64,000 nt of DNA from Raillietiella orientalis (lineage: Eukaryota), in assembly GCA_036172245.1 (NCBI GenBank), contig JAYWIR010000014.1, positions 3,224,001-3,288,000 on the forward strand, read 5' to 3'. Of the stretch, positions 36,501 to 51,550 are shown piece after piece. Each line of letters starts with the position of its first letter. Position 1 is the stretch's first letter. Both the position numbers and the translations under genes were made by a program. The notes below the pieces were generated by a model. It saw only the letters and a list, made by a program, of their open reading frames with translations, searched no databases and had not been told where the DNA came from.

Positions 36501-39500
36501 GAGATGATCAGCGTGGCCGCGATGGATGAAGCGAAGCGGACCATAGTGTCCACTAACCAGAGAGAGCAAGGAACGGATCCTCTCTTAAAACCGGACTTAA
36601 TGATGAATAAAGGAAACCGCTTTATAGTGCTGGGCGTCTGCTGCCCATACGAAGGTGAAACAGGAAAAGTATAAGGAAGCAGCCCTCCAGCTTAGCGGGG
36701 AGGCGCGGGGGGGGAGCATTGCAGAGTTCATACTTTCTTCGTTGGTTCTCTGGGAGCCTGGGATCCAGGTAACGAAGAAGTGTCGCAGGGTCCTGGAATT
36801 CCGAAAAGGCATTCGGTGACGATGAGGCAACGGATGGTGGCTTCGCGCGTCCCGTACTCCAGCTACATCTATGCAGCCCACGTCACATGAAGGACCGACT
36901 ATCAGCTGCAGCCGGAGCACCCCAGTGATCAGCCTCTCCCGAGACGGGGGACAAGTAACCGTAGAAGCAACAGGTTGAGGGGCGGCGAGCGCCCCAGATG
37001 AACAGAGGAGAAATTCGGCAAGAATGTCAAGAGCCCCCCTCCCCCCCGTAACGTGTTGTATAATTGTAAATCTAAGCAATAAAAAAGTTAGCAATGGAAC
37101 TTTTGGTCATAACGGGTGGTGCACAAATTAGAGGGAGCTTGCGTTTCTACGATCTCCAAGGAAATCTACGACAACCTATTGTCTGCGGCAGCATCGACGA
37201 GAGCGTCATCTCCAAGTCATCTCCTCCACTTATACAGTACTGAACTGAGCTGCAATGAGCGTTTTCTAAGGGACTGAATGCGGAAACAGGTGGAATCAAA
37301 CACAAATCACCTATTTTGCAGAGCGGAGTCCTACAAATCCGCTGTGCTGGGTCGGAATTCGAAATCCGAGGCCCAAGTTGTTAAGAAATGAGAGAGAAAA
37401 CGATGGATGTGCTCGCCAGGCAGTGGGGACACCGAGTAGGCCCTGACAGCGAGCAAGCGAATGGGAACACTGACGAAAGGTTACTTTCCGTTGTCGCACG
37501 CCGAACGCTCAATGTGAGCCATGAAGTCTGTGTGACTCCCAAGGTGCAAGTGTTTCCCGAATCTCCTCGGGTTCACGGAAGGACAGAAATAGAGCCGCTG
37601 CTCTACTTCTCCGCTGGTAAACATCCATCCAATCTTGACAACATCAGAGTGTGATTCCAGAATGTGCTTCGAGACCTACTCCAGTTTCGATTAGCACACC
37701 GGAAAAGGAAGGGGGGGGGGGGGGGGGAAAGATGGGATGAAGGTGAGGGGGAGCGGAGGACCAACGGAGTCACACCGTTGCTCCCCTAGGACAAAATTCC
37801 TTCCTTCATCAACTAGGATCACCTAAGGATGATTTGTGACATCTCGGTGACACCTGATAACTCGATCGCGAAACAGATGAAAAAAACAAACAAACAAACA
37901 ACAAACTGCGGTTGCCCCCTTAAAGCTCCACTTCCTACCACCACTTGCAAGTTTTGTCATGTGAAAGCAGCACCGACTCCCCCCCCCCCCCCCCTCGCCA
38001 AAAGTGGCGACCGACGAGTGAACGGCGGCGGGGACGGAACATCGGAACGCCATCCTCAGCACGGACTTCAGCGCAGAATGCGGCGGGGCACTTTTCGCGG
38101 GTCGTTGCAGACCCGCTGAAAAAAGGTGTTCAAAGCTCTGTTGATTTTTCGTTAAAAATTGCAGGAAAAAGAAAATCACCCCACCACCACAAAATTTCGC
38201 ATGCCAGAAAATGGGAATTCCGGCTACGCGGGGAGCTCGAAAAATCTTCCGTACGCTCAGTTCGATGCTGCGCCATGTCTTCACGACTGCCTTTTCAGAA
38301 TTGGTGCAGACAAATTATCTTCATACATCCGACCTAAAACTGCTGAAAGTGAAAGCACAAAGCCCAATAAGGGGAAACACGCGGTCATGAGCTTGCCGGT
38401 ATTTGCGGCCTCCCCCACAACCCTTCCTTCAGAGTCTGACCAAGGACTGTGTAGGCAATCTCGATTTAAAAGTGGGTGATCAAAGACTTCACGAGAGTTC
38501 TTCCGTCCTTACCCAAGTGTAATCGTCTTTTTTAAGGTCTTTCAACACGAATTTCGCCGCTGTTAAGAAATTTACATCGAGTTCAAGGAGTGCCACAACC
38601 GAGACGACCACACAAGTCGGTAAAAATCAAAGAACACAATACTTGCCTACTCCAGCTTGTCCAATAACCCAAGAAAGTCTCAGGAACAGCATAACACCCC
38701 ATATATTTAAGAGACATCTTATCTGAAAAAGGACATCACAGCGTCAACTTAGTGCAGCTGATTCGGCTCAATCAAGCAGTTCAAACCCTTTCAGTCAGAA
38801 GAAAGCCAAACACTCTAGTGGGTTCCAAAGAAGATGACAGATAAGAATAGGCCTCTTGGTTAATGAAGAAAAGTGCAAATGAAATCGGAGCTATCGAGGG
38901 TTCATTTCATCGGGAACATTCATCAGAGCAGTAAACTACATTGGCGATCCATGATGGCGCGATTTCTGAAATTTCCAATGGAAGATTCTGGAATGGAAAT
39001 CGAAGAACAAAGCGCTTCTTCTTCATGAATGATGACATTACAGCGCTTCACATACATCGGTAAGAGAGATCAAATCCAAAAGGGAAAGAACGGCGTGCCG
39101 TTTTGTTTCATTTCTTCTATTCTGATTAAAGTGAGCCGTAGCCAATGAAGTTCATTTACAATAAACAGAAATATTGGCCACTTTATTCTTCCCATCCCGA
39201 GAACGAAAGGCTCGGCTCGACTTGTTTGCAGCATCCACTCCGAGAGCGAAGATTTGGCAAATCAAAACAAAAGAACAAGGGAATCTCTATAAATCACTGT
39301 ACAGAGAGAGTTAACGTACTAAATGCGAAAGGATGATGATGAGACAAGGGATCCAATAGAAACAACAGGATATTAGAAGATTTCGCTGGCTGCTATCAAA
39401 CATGCACGATATGGGAACAGCCGGGTCACGTGGTAAGAGAGCTGGAAGAGCAAAGAGAAGGAGACGCTGACTGCAACTTCTGGTACTGGTGACAGCTCTA

Positions 39501-42500
39501 TCGTGGCGGAATCCTTCCAATCCTAGCCATCTAGGAATAGCATGATTTTTCTGCACACAACTGCAACAAAGACATCCTCAAAAATAGTTCTCGAACATTC
39601 TTCTTATTAAAAAAGAAGTGAAAAACACTATTCCTGAGCTTGCCAGGTGTACTAAACAGTGCATGCCTCCGACTCCTAGAGCGATCATTTAGCTCACATC
39701 AATTTGGTAATGCTGCTGCCCTTATTTTGTATATTTCCTCCACTGATCTCATTCTGATTGCATCGACTCATGTCAGCTAAGCCAAAGGCCAATTGTTTCG
39801 TGGTCATAAAGCAGATGAAAGGGGAAGTTTCCAGTAAACATCCCCCTAATATATGCATGGTTTTCCACAACACACACACAAAAAAAAATGTAATCAATAT
39901 TCCTTCCGGCTTCTGTGTTTGCTTTGTTTTTGTTTTTTTTTTTTTTTTTTTTTTTTTGTTTTTTTTTTTTAATCCTCACAACGTAGGATGTACACTACTA
40001 CATACTGAGTGAGTACAGTGGTACCAGTTTCGTCAGCGGCATGACCTCACGAGCTTTCCCACGGAGCAGCATGCTCACACGCAATGCTGGTATTGCGGTA
40101 AGTAAAAGATGCTGCTGGCGCAGCACGAAAAAAAAAAAAAGGCACGAGACAGCAATAAACAAATAACCATAGTGAGCTTTGCTACTCTGTCACGGATATC
40201 TTTGCCATCAACAAGCGGTCGCTTCGTAACACATCACTACTTGACCTGGGTTTAGCCTTAGCAAAAGGAGGGGGAACTCACGTAAACGCCCTCGATCCAT
40301 CCGAATCTGATCACCTTCCCGCGTTTAACGGGTGACTCCACATCTCTGCTGTCGTTGATGCTCTGAAATGAAAACAGCGTGAACACACGATGGATAAAGC
40401 GCTGCAGTCCGACGCGCTGATTCAAGGAATCCCTTCTCCCGTTCCGTCAGGAAACCGCACGGATAACAAAAAAGAAAAAGAAAAAAAAAAAACTGGGAGA
40501 AGCAGGGAAGCGCCGCGTCTACCCCCACCCGTTCCCAGGACAGCGACCAGCGAGATCACGGTGCCCGGGACCGTGTTTTTCGCCCCCGCAACGATTCCGT
40601 ACCGAAGAAAAGAAGGTACATTCCGGCACGCAGGTACGCATGCAGCAGCTACATTCCCGCTCACGGCCGCGCGCAATGACGGTACTGTTCCAGCCTTTGT
40701 TTCCTTTCATTTGTCTCGCGGCCTTCGAGAACTCTTCTTTCATGTAGTCAACCAGTCTCTTGTTGGCATCCCCCTGCAAATCATCGCCCCCGAGTTCCAT
40801 TAGCTCGTTACGGATGGAAGCGATTGCTAATACCACGGTAAATCAACTCAAGAGACGTCCTCATGAATTACGAGTGAAGATGCCTGAATGCCTCCCCTCA
40901 TCCGACTAAACGAACGAACGGCACTCGTGAGAGACAACCGCCGTTGCCAGTGCGACGGATGATCAGCGACCGCAGCTTCCCTTCGAAGCGATCGATGGTG
41001 ACCCATCTCAAGATTGAGGCGCGCCTCGGCTGAACCCGTCGAACGCCGTGGTCGCGGATTCCGGGTTCCGCGTGCAGCACAAGAGCCGGGAAACGGTCCT
41101 CTGGTTTCTTGGTGCGGCTGCTGCGAAGGAGCTTCTCCGGTCTCCCCATTAGACGGTAATCGCTGCTGCAAAGCCTCGGTAGGTAGGAAGTTCCCGCAGC
41201 TCCCACTGACAGGGTGCGCACCGTCAAACTGACATTCCTACCAAAGGAGGTGAAGCGGCGCCATGCCAATTTAATGGCACGTGGCTTGCTTTCAGAGAGA
41301 GCGAGCCACGTGCAGCTTCCTTGTGTTGAGATGACTCCAAAAGCACCTACGTTTGTAAAAGACCGAATCCCATGCCGGAAAACGGGGAATTGTGGGTCTA
41401 GCTTTGAAACGCACAGTGTCATGAAAACATCCCTTGCATCATTACCACTTCCTCCCGTCCACCAAGTTAACGTGCCTGGACAGTGGAAACACAGGAACAA
41501 CCGGCGCAGGGGAAAGGAGGAAGAACTCGAAGAAAAGGGAAGTTCCGTACGTTCCCAGTCGCAGATGTTCATTCATGAATCGGACATGGCGACATTGAAG
41601 ATTTACCATAAGATAACCACTGCCTTCGCTGAATATGAAGATCCAATTCGTCACTTTTTTTTTTTTTTTAAAGGGAAGGGGACGAGGAATAAAAAGGGTA
41701 AGAGTGTAAGGAATTCATCAGGGGCGTACCCATATAAAAAATTAAGTGAGAACGCGTGAGAATAACAGCTGTCGTCGCTTATGCCATCGTGTACGTACAG
41801 CGCACACACACACATACACACACACACACACACACACAAAAAGAAGACAAATGAAAGAGCTGCAATCCCTCCGATAACATAATTTCCTCACTGCCGAAAG
41901 TCTGCACACGACAAAAAAAACTACAAAAGCTGTGGCAGTGGGATGGCGGCTCATGTGATCCCCTGTGGTTGACGAGCCGCCATCCCACTGCGTGGGGTTC
42001 GGGACCCAACACGTGCGAACTGCTGATTGCAAAAGGAAGCAGCAAATGCAATCTCAAATAAGCGCAATCATTAAATGACACAAAGCAGGACGCGGGGCAA
42101 GTGGGAAAAGAACTGAGAAGCCATTTGTGAATGGATCTTCGTGATTACCTACCCGGAAAAGAACGAGAAATCAGCATTGATGTGCCAGGAAGGAACTGAA
42201 TCCGAGCGTCGCTACTCAAAGGTTACCGAAACGTTCCCGAAAAGACGGCTGCAAAGGAGAACCCCATGCGCGTGGGTAATAGGAGTGATGAAATTCGTTA
42301 AGCCGACGTAAGACGCGCCTGTCAACGAGATTCCGAGCAACGCTTCGATCCGAAGGCACTTTTTGAAATGTCTGTAGATCCATCTATGAGCAGGCACGGA
42401 AACTGCGTGACTACGCCTATTTCTTTTCCTTTTCTTTTTTTCTCACGCAGCCGTACCCGATATGATTACCTTTGGTCTATGGGAAAATGTGGAACGGCGA

Positions 42501-42677
42501 AGGTCTTCGAGCCGAGGTCTAAAGGTAGTTTCGACATCGTCTCTGTAGTATTCCTCCCTAGGTCTGACTTCTCTTGTGAGGTAGGCCAAAGACTTCAAGT
42601 ACTGTGTGCCATACACTGTACTGCAAGAATCTGGATCGTCCGCATCCTGATTCGGTGAGTTCCTGCTGTCTCCGATT
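15543..42677 (-). CDS. NKCC: Na-K-2Cl cotransporter (SLC12A/NKCC family, bumetanide-sensitive type); 20 coding exons identified, first exon upstream and uncertain; about 1060-1070 aa
   Basis: In-phase exons: 42677-42470 ([18 protein letters not shown]), 40362-40282 (FGWIEGVY), 38722-38647 ([23 protein letters not shown]), 33501-33406 ([12 protein letters not shown]), 33356-33103 ([10 protein letters not shown]), 29850-29736, 26649-26510 ([23 protein letters not shown]), 26366-26157 ([10 protein letters not shown]), 25315-25208 (AATLSSA..GAPRVLQ), 22588-22465, 22425-22304 (SPGWRPSFK), 22260-22125, 22083-21872 ([17 protein letters not shown]), 19501-19260 (GLGKLKPN), 19213-19026, 18968-18633 ([11 protein letters not shown]), 18587-18473 (LTLLLPYI), 18423-18254 (SKFRID), 15842-15728 ([10 protein letters not shown]), 15678-15543 ([31 protein letters not shown]). 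Confidence 0.95.
29133..29345. repeat. Degenerate minisatellite with a period of about 40 nt in an NKCC intron
   Basis: Recurring unit ctc(c/t)gaagggga.cc.gaaggga..cct(pyrimidine tract), with 5-6 diverged copies. Confidence 0.5.
32972..32998. repeat. (GTG)n microsatellite
   Basis: gtggtggtggtggtggtggtggtggtg, in an NKCC intron. Confidence 0.9.
41803..41838. repeat. (CA)n microsatellite
   Basis: cacacacacacatacacacacacacacacacacaca, in an NKCC intron. Confidence 0.9.
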
Positions 42678-45600
42678 CTAGTGAAACACGGAAGTGAATC
42701 AAATTATTAGATGTACCATGGGAGAGATGGGCGGGGAAAAAATCGAGAAAGGAATTGATCCGCATCACGCTGAACTAAAAAATATGCGAAAATTAGGTAA
42801 CGCTTGCCGACCACCAGTTTTAGGTACTTAGTTTAGGTATATTGCTTTCGAAAGAGTTAACGTGTACTAGCAGTTACTAGATTGCGGCCAAGGATGGGGT
42901 GACAAGTAGCTGCCAAGATTCCGGTCTCAATTAGATTCTGTCGCAGCTTTTCGGCTTACAGAGCCTATTCAATTTATAGAAAGAGGCATTTAAGAGATGG
43001 GGAAAAAGTACCACCGGTGTAATTTACTCGAATGCACTTCATAGCCACACATAAAGCCAAGCCGTCATCGAGGATGAAAAAATAATTGGATTTACGTACG
43101 CATGCTCATATCCGTACTTTGTGTCATGATACTAAAAGGAGCACTGTATCTTTTTTCATATGGTGGGAATACTCCAGGAATACCTTCCCCAGGATTTGTA
43201 CAGAAATTTACGGAGGCTCCTTTTAAAAACATACGTTTAGGGTCCAATCACAATCATAACAGAGTATCAGAAATGAAGATGTAGAGAAACGGGGCACCTA
43301 ATGAAAACAAAACAAAGCAGTAGTTCTTTCTTCGGGAGGAGGAAGGTGAACATCAGCAAAGCCATAGCAATTTCTTGATTGGCATCTCCTGCGAGCCGTT
43401 CGAACGCAAAAGGCACTGCTCCACCGCCTATGCTGAGCGCCTAACGGTCTTCGTGAGAAAAGTGCAAAAAGATTCCCTGCGACACACGCGAATGATGCAG
43501 TGGCCATTTCGATTCCCGAACGCTGGGGAGTTTCGAAGCGGACCGAGCGAGTCCGAATAGCAACGTGCATTCCAGCTGGCTTCAAGATATGGAAGTACCA
43601 AGCATAAACGAAAGCGGGCGGGGCTTTCCTGACAGCACAAGCACATGACTTCGGATCGTACGTCGCCGGAGTCAGGCCCGAGAAAATCTGCTCCCTGTAC
43701 AACCAACGTTTTCAACTAGCGCATCGGTGGACCCCATAAGCTACGACGTTATGGCCCCTGGGCAAAGTTCCTGCAACTAACGTAAAACTCTTTCGTGCGC
43801 CATGGCTTTCCGATGAATATTTTCTCTCACATCACTGTGCTTTTCCTCTTGGTGCAGTCCGATGCCAGCAGCCACACGAAGCAAAGACTCGCAAACCGAG
43901 GAAACGAAGAACACTTTTTTGAAAATTAAAAATGCAAATGCAGAGCCAGGAAGATGCTAAAACAAGAAAGCACAATGACAAATGAGCATCGCGAGCACTC
44001 AGCATCGCAATCTTTTCCTGTGAAGGAGTAATGCGAGAAATTTCCCTGTTTCGCTGCTTAGTCCAACGAGCTTGACTGCTGCGGCTACAGCAAACTGATG
44101 CTCAAGCCGGAAAGATTAGCGAACTCTTAAGCAAACAACGATCCTATGCGTTGAAATTCGACGCTCCTTCCTGGGACGCCCAATGGATACGCCTTTCGAA
44201 CGTGGAAGGAGTTTCGGAAAGTTCTAGAATCGATCCCAGGGGTCGCTCACGGGAATTCAGAACCGTCTTGAAGTGGGGCAAATACATCAGGACATTCCTG
44301 GTTGCCCAGGCGTTGGAATTTCCGCCACCATAGAATCCGTTGAATTTTCAAACAGATGCGACCGGGAAATCCGTCGCTACCACTAACCGAGAGCACGGGA
44401 ATGCGCCAGTTGCGTCTCTTTGCAAAAAAAAAATCCTGCTGGCAGCTGATCTCCAGCTGATTCCTTGTTTGTCGTCTCGGCATCTCAACATCCGCGAACG
44501 AGCTCATAGCGTCGGTAGATTTGGTGAAACCAAACTTCCACGGAAGGAAAAATTGGAAAAAGGAATCAAGGAATTTACAATTCGACGTCACTGCTCTCCT
44601 GTCAGCCTTCAAATAATTGATACTGTAAGAAAAGGCCTAACCAACACAAATATGTCTTCTGGATGAATTTTTGTTATTCCTTTTCTGTTCATCGACTCCG
44701 ATCGTGAATCACTCGGAACACTTGTCCAAACCTCAATGGCAGAACCGCAAATGCAAAGAAATATGCTCCAAGGAACAGAATGCGTGCGTACGTTACAGAC
44801 GTTATAAAGGCTCTTTTTTGTGTGTTCGTTCTTTTTTTGCTTTCTCAGAACGTTCTGGAAAAGCAGACTGGCTTGAAGCAAGCTGTAGCCCCGTGCATTT
44901 CAATCAGAAGCCAACCCACGGAACCGCGAACGAAAAAAAACACACACACACACAAAAAAAAAAATGCAAACAAGAAACAGATCTGATGTTACGAAGCATG
45001 AACTGTGAAAAACCCACGGTACGGAAAGTCAACCGCATCCATCCCCACAAAACCACATACAAATGGCAAGCGAAACCACTATACAGTAACAGATGCAATA
45101 AACGATTAGGTGATTCCTCTATTTGCTCCTTTTAATCAAAGTAATGGATGTTACAGACATCGGACCAGACCTAGTTAGAAGGGCTGAGATGGCGATTCCA
45201 CACGGGAAACCTCGAGGCAAGTGTGGTCTCCACGAGAAAGCTCCTGTCAGGCGAACGTACCTTTCTTCAAGTTCCCAGAAGCCGAAGAGCACGTTCTAGT
45301 CGAGTTCTATCACCTATGGTAAGCGCCACTTCCACATAGCTGTCACAAAATGCTGTCCCACGAGACAAATGTTAATGTCCACCACAATGATTACAGTAAG
45401 GAGCGGTTGCAATGGCTACGGTAAAGGAGCGAAAAAATCACTAGAAAGTAGACCCTCGGGGCACTTATGGCTACTGCTACTGCTATGAATGGGTACACTG
45501 CTAAGAAACCTGCCTATTCGCTATTGCTATTACGACTATTTTCGCTTCAGTAAACGATACATAGATTTTTTATCCACAAATCACCGTCCGCAGTCTTTGA

Positions 45601-48600
45601 CGCAAGTTGATTGTTTCTCCCTGGGATTCTTTGGATGCTAATCTACTTGAATATATGTATGTGACAAACACATCTTTCGAATTCAGCATATGGAAATGAA
45701 CTCGTTTTCGTACGGAAAGTTCGAATACCCCCCCCCCAAAAAAAGGATCGCTGAAGTAGTTTGAAACTTTTTGAAAATGCATTCTTATTTCAGAAACAAC
45801 GAAACGAGGGTCCCATCAGATGTACACAGCACTTGATATCTTCGTGAAAGTGTACAGCTGGCAGCAATGTGGATATTTTGCAGTGAATTTCAAAATGTTG
45901 CCGAGTGGCTTCGTCCACCACCGCCTGCTGGAAGAAAACAGTTTTGTGTGCCAATCGTCAAAATTGTTTGCAATGGGAATGAAAATGGAGGAAATCCATG
46001 CTCACCAGGGCAAAGTAGGTGGACTTTGAAGTGTTCTCGGAAAGCAGGGCGTAAAGGAAGTTCAAGAGTGCTCGAAACTGGGCCAACTTCAGGTTCCAAT
46101 CTCAAGTTAAATCACGAGCACGCGGCGTGATGCAAGATGTGCACAAAGGTACCTTCAGGAAGAGCTCGTACACCATCCGACGTACAGCAGAGCGAGCAGC
46201 AGGTTCTCACTAGATCACCAAAGACCAAGGGGTGGCAACGCGCTGGTAAGCTCGAGATCCACGACAAGTGTGATCCACGGGTCCTGAAGACTAAGAAATG
46301 TCGAGAATGGTGCAGGCCGTGAGGAAAGATCATCGAATTCTTCAGGATGGAGAGTGATGAATCGTTTTCATCCGCGTGTGGTGGATATAACTCTTGCTTC
46401 TTCCACTCAGTGGTCCAATGAAGAGAACGGCACCAATGAGTACATCGATCCGCCGAAAATTAGTATCTGACTTGATATAATTAATGACTGTCTTCAGGAG
46501 GGGCAGTGTGCTGCCGGATGCCATCCGAAAGACGCTCAAGATAGTTTCTTGTTGAAGAAACGTCAACGAAATCACATGATAACTTAATCACGTGGAAAAC
46601 CAGCGATCACAAATGCCTTATACACATCGTAAATCAACGGGTGTATTGTACACTACTCGGAGAGATCTCATGATGGTTTGAAGTTAGAAATGGCCATCGC
46701 AAGTATGAACCCCGGGAATTTGTGACCACAACCAGGAATTTACGCAGGTGTTCGTTCCAATAAGTGAGAGACCGAAAAGAATCCTTCCAAATCTGCAAAG
46801 GAGTTGTCACAACCGATAAGCCTGGAAGCCCATATTCAACCCATATGAAATCCAAAGGAAAGGAAATTATTCAAGGTTAGACAAAGTACTTTTGGAGATA
46901 TTAACATTACAGCCCTCACAGAAACGACCATAATTTCTTCGGGCACAATTCCTTCCGAAGGAATCCGACAGAAAGTGTTCCATGAGCTGAGACAAAAGCG
47001 ATTCTGACGATACGCTGAAAAGTGATGAAATCAGGAGAAATCTTTCACCGAGTTGATTGATGATACTTTTGCGGAACGGAATTGTTTTTCCAAACCGAAC
47101 GACACGACAAAACAAGAAATGACCACCTTCGCCGCGAGCGGACGGAAGACGGATGCAGATGCACAAAGTGGTGGTGGGGATCCATGGGATGCAACGATCA
47201 GAGCAATGATTCCGATTACTAAACGTAGAGAACCCGATGAAACGACAAGGATTTTTCGAAGAGTGAGAATTACACTTTGGCACGTACATCGAGGATGCTA
47301 TGCGAGGCACAGAATGTAAGGCACGAAGCAAGATGACAAAACGGAACGTGTACGCAGGAAACAACGACAGTGGTACACGGCACACATGGAAGAGCAACGT
47401 CCTGTGCCTCCTCTGATAGAACAAGAAGAGAAAACAAGATAAAGCAGAAGAAAACGCCAAGCAAAGGCAGGTACACTCAATGAGAACTGAATGAATGCCA
47501 AAAAGGGAAAGAACCGAAAAGCCAAAGTCTTCTTTCTTTAACGAGATGATCGATCAGGAGATAAACTGATGCAGGAGATATTCGACAACACTGCAAACCA
47601 GAGAAGAAACGATCAAACTGTCATCCTTAGGTGTGCGTCTAGAGACGCATATCCAAGAATACAAAAGGATAAATAAATGCACAATGATCGATAGCCAAAG
47701 ACGGAACCAATCAAATCTTTACAAGATGCTGCATGAGCCAAAATTCCGGCATGCAGAAAGCTTTGAACATTCGGGGGAAAAAAACAAAAGCTTTTTAAAA
47801 GAAATAAACCCTTAATGTTGAATCACTTTTCAAGAGGTAAAATATCAAAAACCACTCGAGAAAACGACATACGCACGAATGAATGAGAAGCACTTTTGGC
47901 ATCTGCTGTTGATGATAATGATTTGATGGGTGCTGTTAACGATTTGACCGACAGAACCAGGAGTAGTGGACTTGACATCGATTTAAGAGACTTCTTTTGC
48001 GATTCCAGGAATCAAGAATTTGAGCCGCAATGGCATCAGTCTACGCTTAGTTTTCACTTCTGAAGTACTGGAAAGTTTCCAAGAGCTACGCCATACAAAG
48101 TTTGTATCCCCGGTGCTATCGCAGCAACCTCGGAAAAGGAAGCCACTAGAGAAAGAAGAGGGAGAAAAGAGAGGCCGTTTCGAGAATGGAGATCAAAAGC
48201 CGGTAGGAACTATGCGAGAAAGCTGATGAGCAGAAAGTCAGCAAAGGCGAGATTTCAACTTTGGCAGCCATTTTGTAAAAGGTTGATGGTTGGTATCGCT
48301 GATGGCGTTCAACCAGCACGCGTGTCACTTGACCGAGTGCTTCTAAAAAGAAAAAAAGTGTGCAGAACAGAATGTTTCACAAAGACAGAGCGGAATCGTA
48401 GGTGTACTTCTCTTTCTTTCTTTAGTAAAAGGCGGAAGAAATAGTCGCTTAGAGCAGGAGCCCCCGAGCTCTCTTTCTTGGGATTCAATAAACTGGACGA
48501 TCATGCCTGAAGAGGCTCAAAGAGGTCTAAACACCAAAATTTTCGACAGCATGAAAGGCTTCAAGAATCCTCTAATTTCTTGTGCGAAATAATGGGGGGG

Positions 48601-51530
48601 ATCTTTATAGAACTCTTCAATTAAACTGACAGTGAGGAAGCCAGAAATCAGTTTCTAATGACTCTCTCCAATAGAAGCCATCTATTTCCAGGGGTCCTCG
48701 TCTCGCACAAAAATATTTTTGTTCACTTGGTTTTTCTCGTGTTTGTAAATATGCACGTGACTGCCAAACATTCCCTGAAGGTGAAGGTCTGTATGAACCC
48801 ACTTTCTTGGGTTTTCTCTCGGATCATGTGTTCTCATCATCGAATGATCGGACTTGAAAGGAATTATCCCGTCTCATATCTTGAACCCTTTCTCGGTGAG
48901 AAAAATCGCACAAAAGAATAAAGTTCCGAAAGAACCGTTACAAAACCATTGAAAAGTGGACGAACTTGGCGGGAAAATTTCGACGACTTTCAGGGAACGT
49001 GTTGAAAAGTGACGCATATTTATCAATTCCGTGTTCCTACTGATGATGAAATCCAGCACCCTTTCCGCCATTCCTGATTCGCAATTTCTTCGAAAGCATT
49101 CCGCTCTTCGCAGAGTATCCCAAAGCCCCTTCCCAAACACGTATGTGCTCATGTACGAAGCTTGGATTACTCTGAGCAAAGGATGTGCATTTCCATGCTA
49201 AGTACAGCTCGAACGACAACCCAAGGCATTCAGAAGTTCCCAAATGGTGCGTCCGAAGAGGCTTTCGAGGCGAGCTGGAGCAATCAAAAACTTGAGGGTC
49301 CGCTCGGAGTGGTGTGCAACTCGCCTGGTCCGAAACGGAAATCTTAGGAAGCATTTCGAGAACAAAGGCTCGTTTCTAGGGTTTCACGAACACGGAAGAC
49401 ACCAGGAATGCGAAACGCATGAGATCCTGGGATGCGCGGCATCGTCATGGAAACAAAGAGTTTTCATGGGGGAACGAGGGAAAGCCGAAAAGTCCCACTG
49501 TGGCACTGTTTGCTTTGCCTGCGGACGGAGGTGCACGCAAAATAAGACTTCGCCCATGCACTCACACGAACGGATTGATCATCGAGGACATCATCTCGCA
49601 GTCGCTCTTTCCTGTAGGAAAGGCACAAAAACAGGCAAACACGACGGCCTGTTGCTGGGGTCGCAGAAGACAGGAAAAATTCACTCACCGACTATCGACC
49701 CTGTTGACCTGGAATCTGCCATCCATACCTGCTCTTCTGAGTTGGGAAGGGATGAGGAAACAGTACACACACTGGGAAACTTTGTACTCCACTTGGATAT
49801 ACAACGTACCGGTTAATTTTTAGACCGGGATTCAAACAAATGGTATGAAAATAAAATAACTGTACAAAAGAACTACATTAACATTTACCTGAAAAATAAA
49901 AAAAATTTAATTTAGAATTTAAAAAGAAAAAACACCACAATAAATAGGATCATGATTCGTGCTAAACCAGATTGCCTATTTTTGAATCAGGCATGCCCAA
50001 AAATTTGTTTACCCTGCCCAATGCAAGATACAGTTTTCGCAACTTCAGGCTATCAACTCATCTCCTTTACCGATCTCCCGTGTTTTTAAAGATGGAAATA
50101 CATATCCAATTCTCCACACTTGTTTATTATGAGAAAAATATTTCCAGAACATATGGCTGCCTGCCATTTATAACAGGCACTAGACAATGATTAATCTATC
50201 TTTCATCTTTCATTTTCATCCAAAAGCTACAGGAGTTATTTTGACCGCATCGAATACTTTTTGCAACACATATACATGTATATGTAAGTGAAGTACGAGA
50301 TAAATAACACACACATGAAAAGGCACTGTGGGTTGCCGACCGTTGATGCTGCCCACCAGGAGAAAGTTCCCGAAAACTGCACGGAAATACCAAGGGATCA
50401 TATTCCACAATCGGACGTACCTGATTACTCTACGAGTGTCACAACGTATCGTTTTTTTTTTTTTTTTTTTTTTTCAATGAATCAGTGTCTCCTTTCATTC
50501 CTGAATTTATCCCCACTCATTCCCGTTTTCCCTCGGATGCGCTTACGAACTCCAAATCAAAAATCACAAATGATGCAAAAACAATAATAGTGAATCAGAC
50601 CATAGGTTTTACGCCCACAGTGTGCGCCGTGTCGCACGGTCGATCTTCCCACGATTCATCCACAATTCGCAAGTGATTCGACCGGGACCACAGAGCGGAT
50701 ACTTCGCTAGCCACAAAGAAGAAATGGCTAAGAATACGTCCAAGAATTTCGGGGCAGACCAATTCGCACTTACCGTGGACCACCGGACACATGGGACCCA
50801 CTGCGCTCCGGGTCGAGGCGAAGATGATGATGATCATCATCGCAACGGCATCATCACAGTGATGCTCGTGGTGACAGCTCACGCAGTCTCTTCCGACGAG
50901 ACGGAGACTCTCAGGTGTGTACCAACTCCAGCAAGTACAGCGCAAAACCGGAGTTTGAATCGCAATAAAGCGGGATTATACCACTGCATCCCTAAAACCA
51001 CCACCGACTGATAGTCGAAAACTATAAGACCGATAACGGAAGGTGTGCTCGTGAAATAGGAAGTGGTCGAATCACTCAAATCGAAACCGCTAGGCAAAAG
51101 CCGCCCTTTTTTGTTCTAACGAATAAAAAACGTTATGCAGTATTCCTTTGCCCAGGTTTTCTTTCTTCCTTTTTTTTATGATCAAAATGCTGCAATGCGA
51201 AACAAAATGAGTTTTTTTTTTTAAAAAAAAAAAAAAATATCGCTGATGATAGATTAGATAAGTCGTAACATTGGATGTACCGGAAGGTGTATCTAGGCAA
51301 GGGGGCAATCAGTAAATTACTGATTTAAGTAAAGATGAATTTGATGTTGACAATTATTTGAAATTTTGTTGGGTTTACGTATGAGAGAAGGCAAGGAAAA
51401 CGATCCATGGTCCCGGGATCGACAGCACGAAAAAATCCCTATACATCCCTTACAGAACTAAGGCACTCTTTTAAGCGAAACCTCGCCTCAAAAACACAAA
51501 AAAAGTCTCAATAAATACGCACACACTTAC

Positions 51531-51550
51531 CTTTCTGTGTGTCCAGACAT
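51531..51550 (-). CDS. Candidate first coding exon of the NKCC gene (MSGHTE-R)
   Basis: ATG TCT GGA CAC ACA GAA AG|GTAAGT. The donor matches consensus and ends in phase 2, as the exon at 42677 requires. There is no homology support and other candidates exist. Confidence 0.3.
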
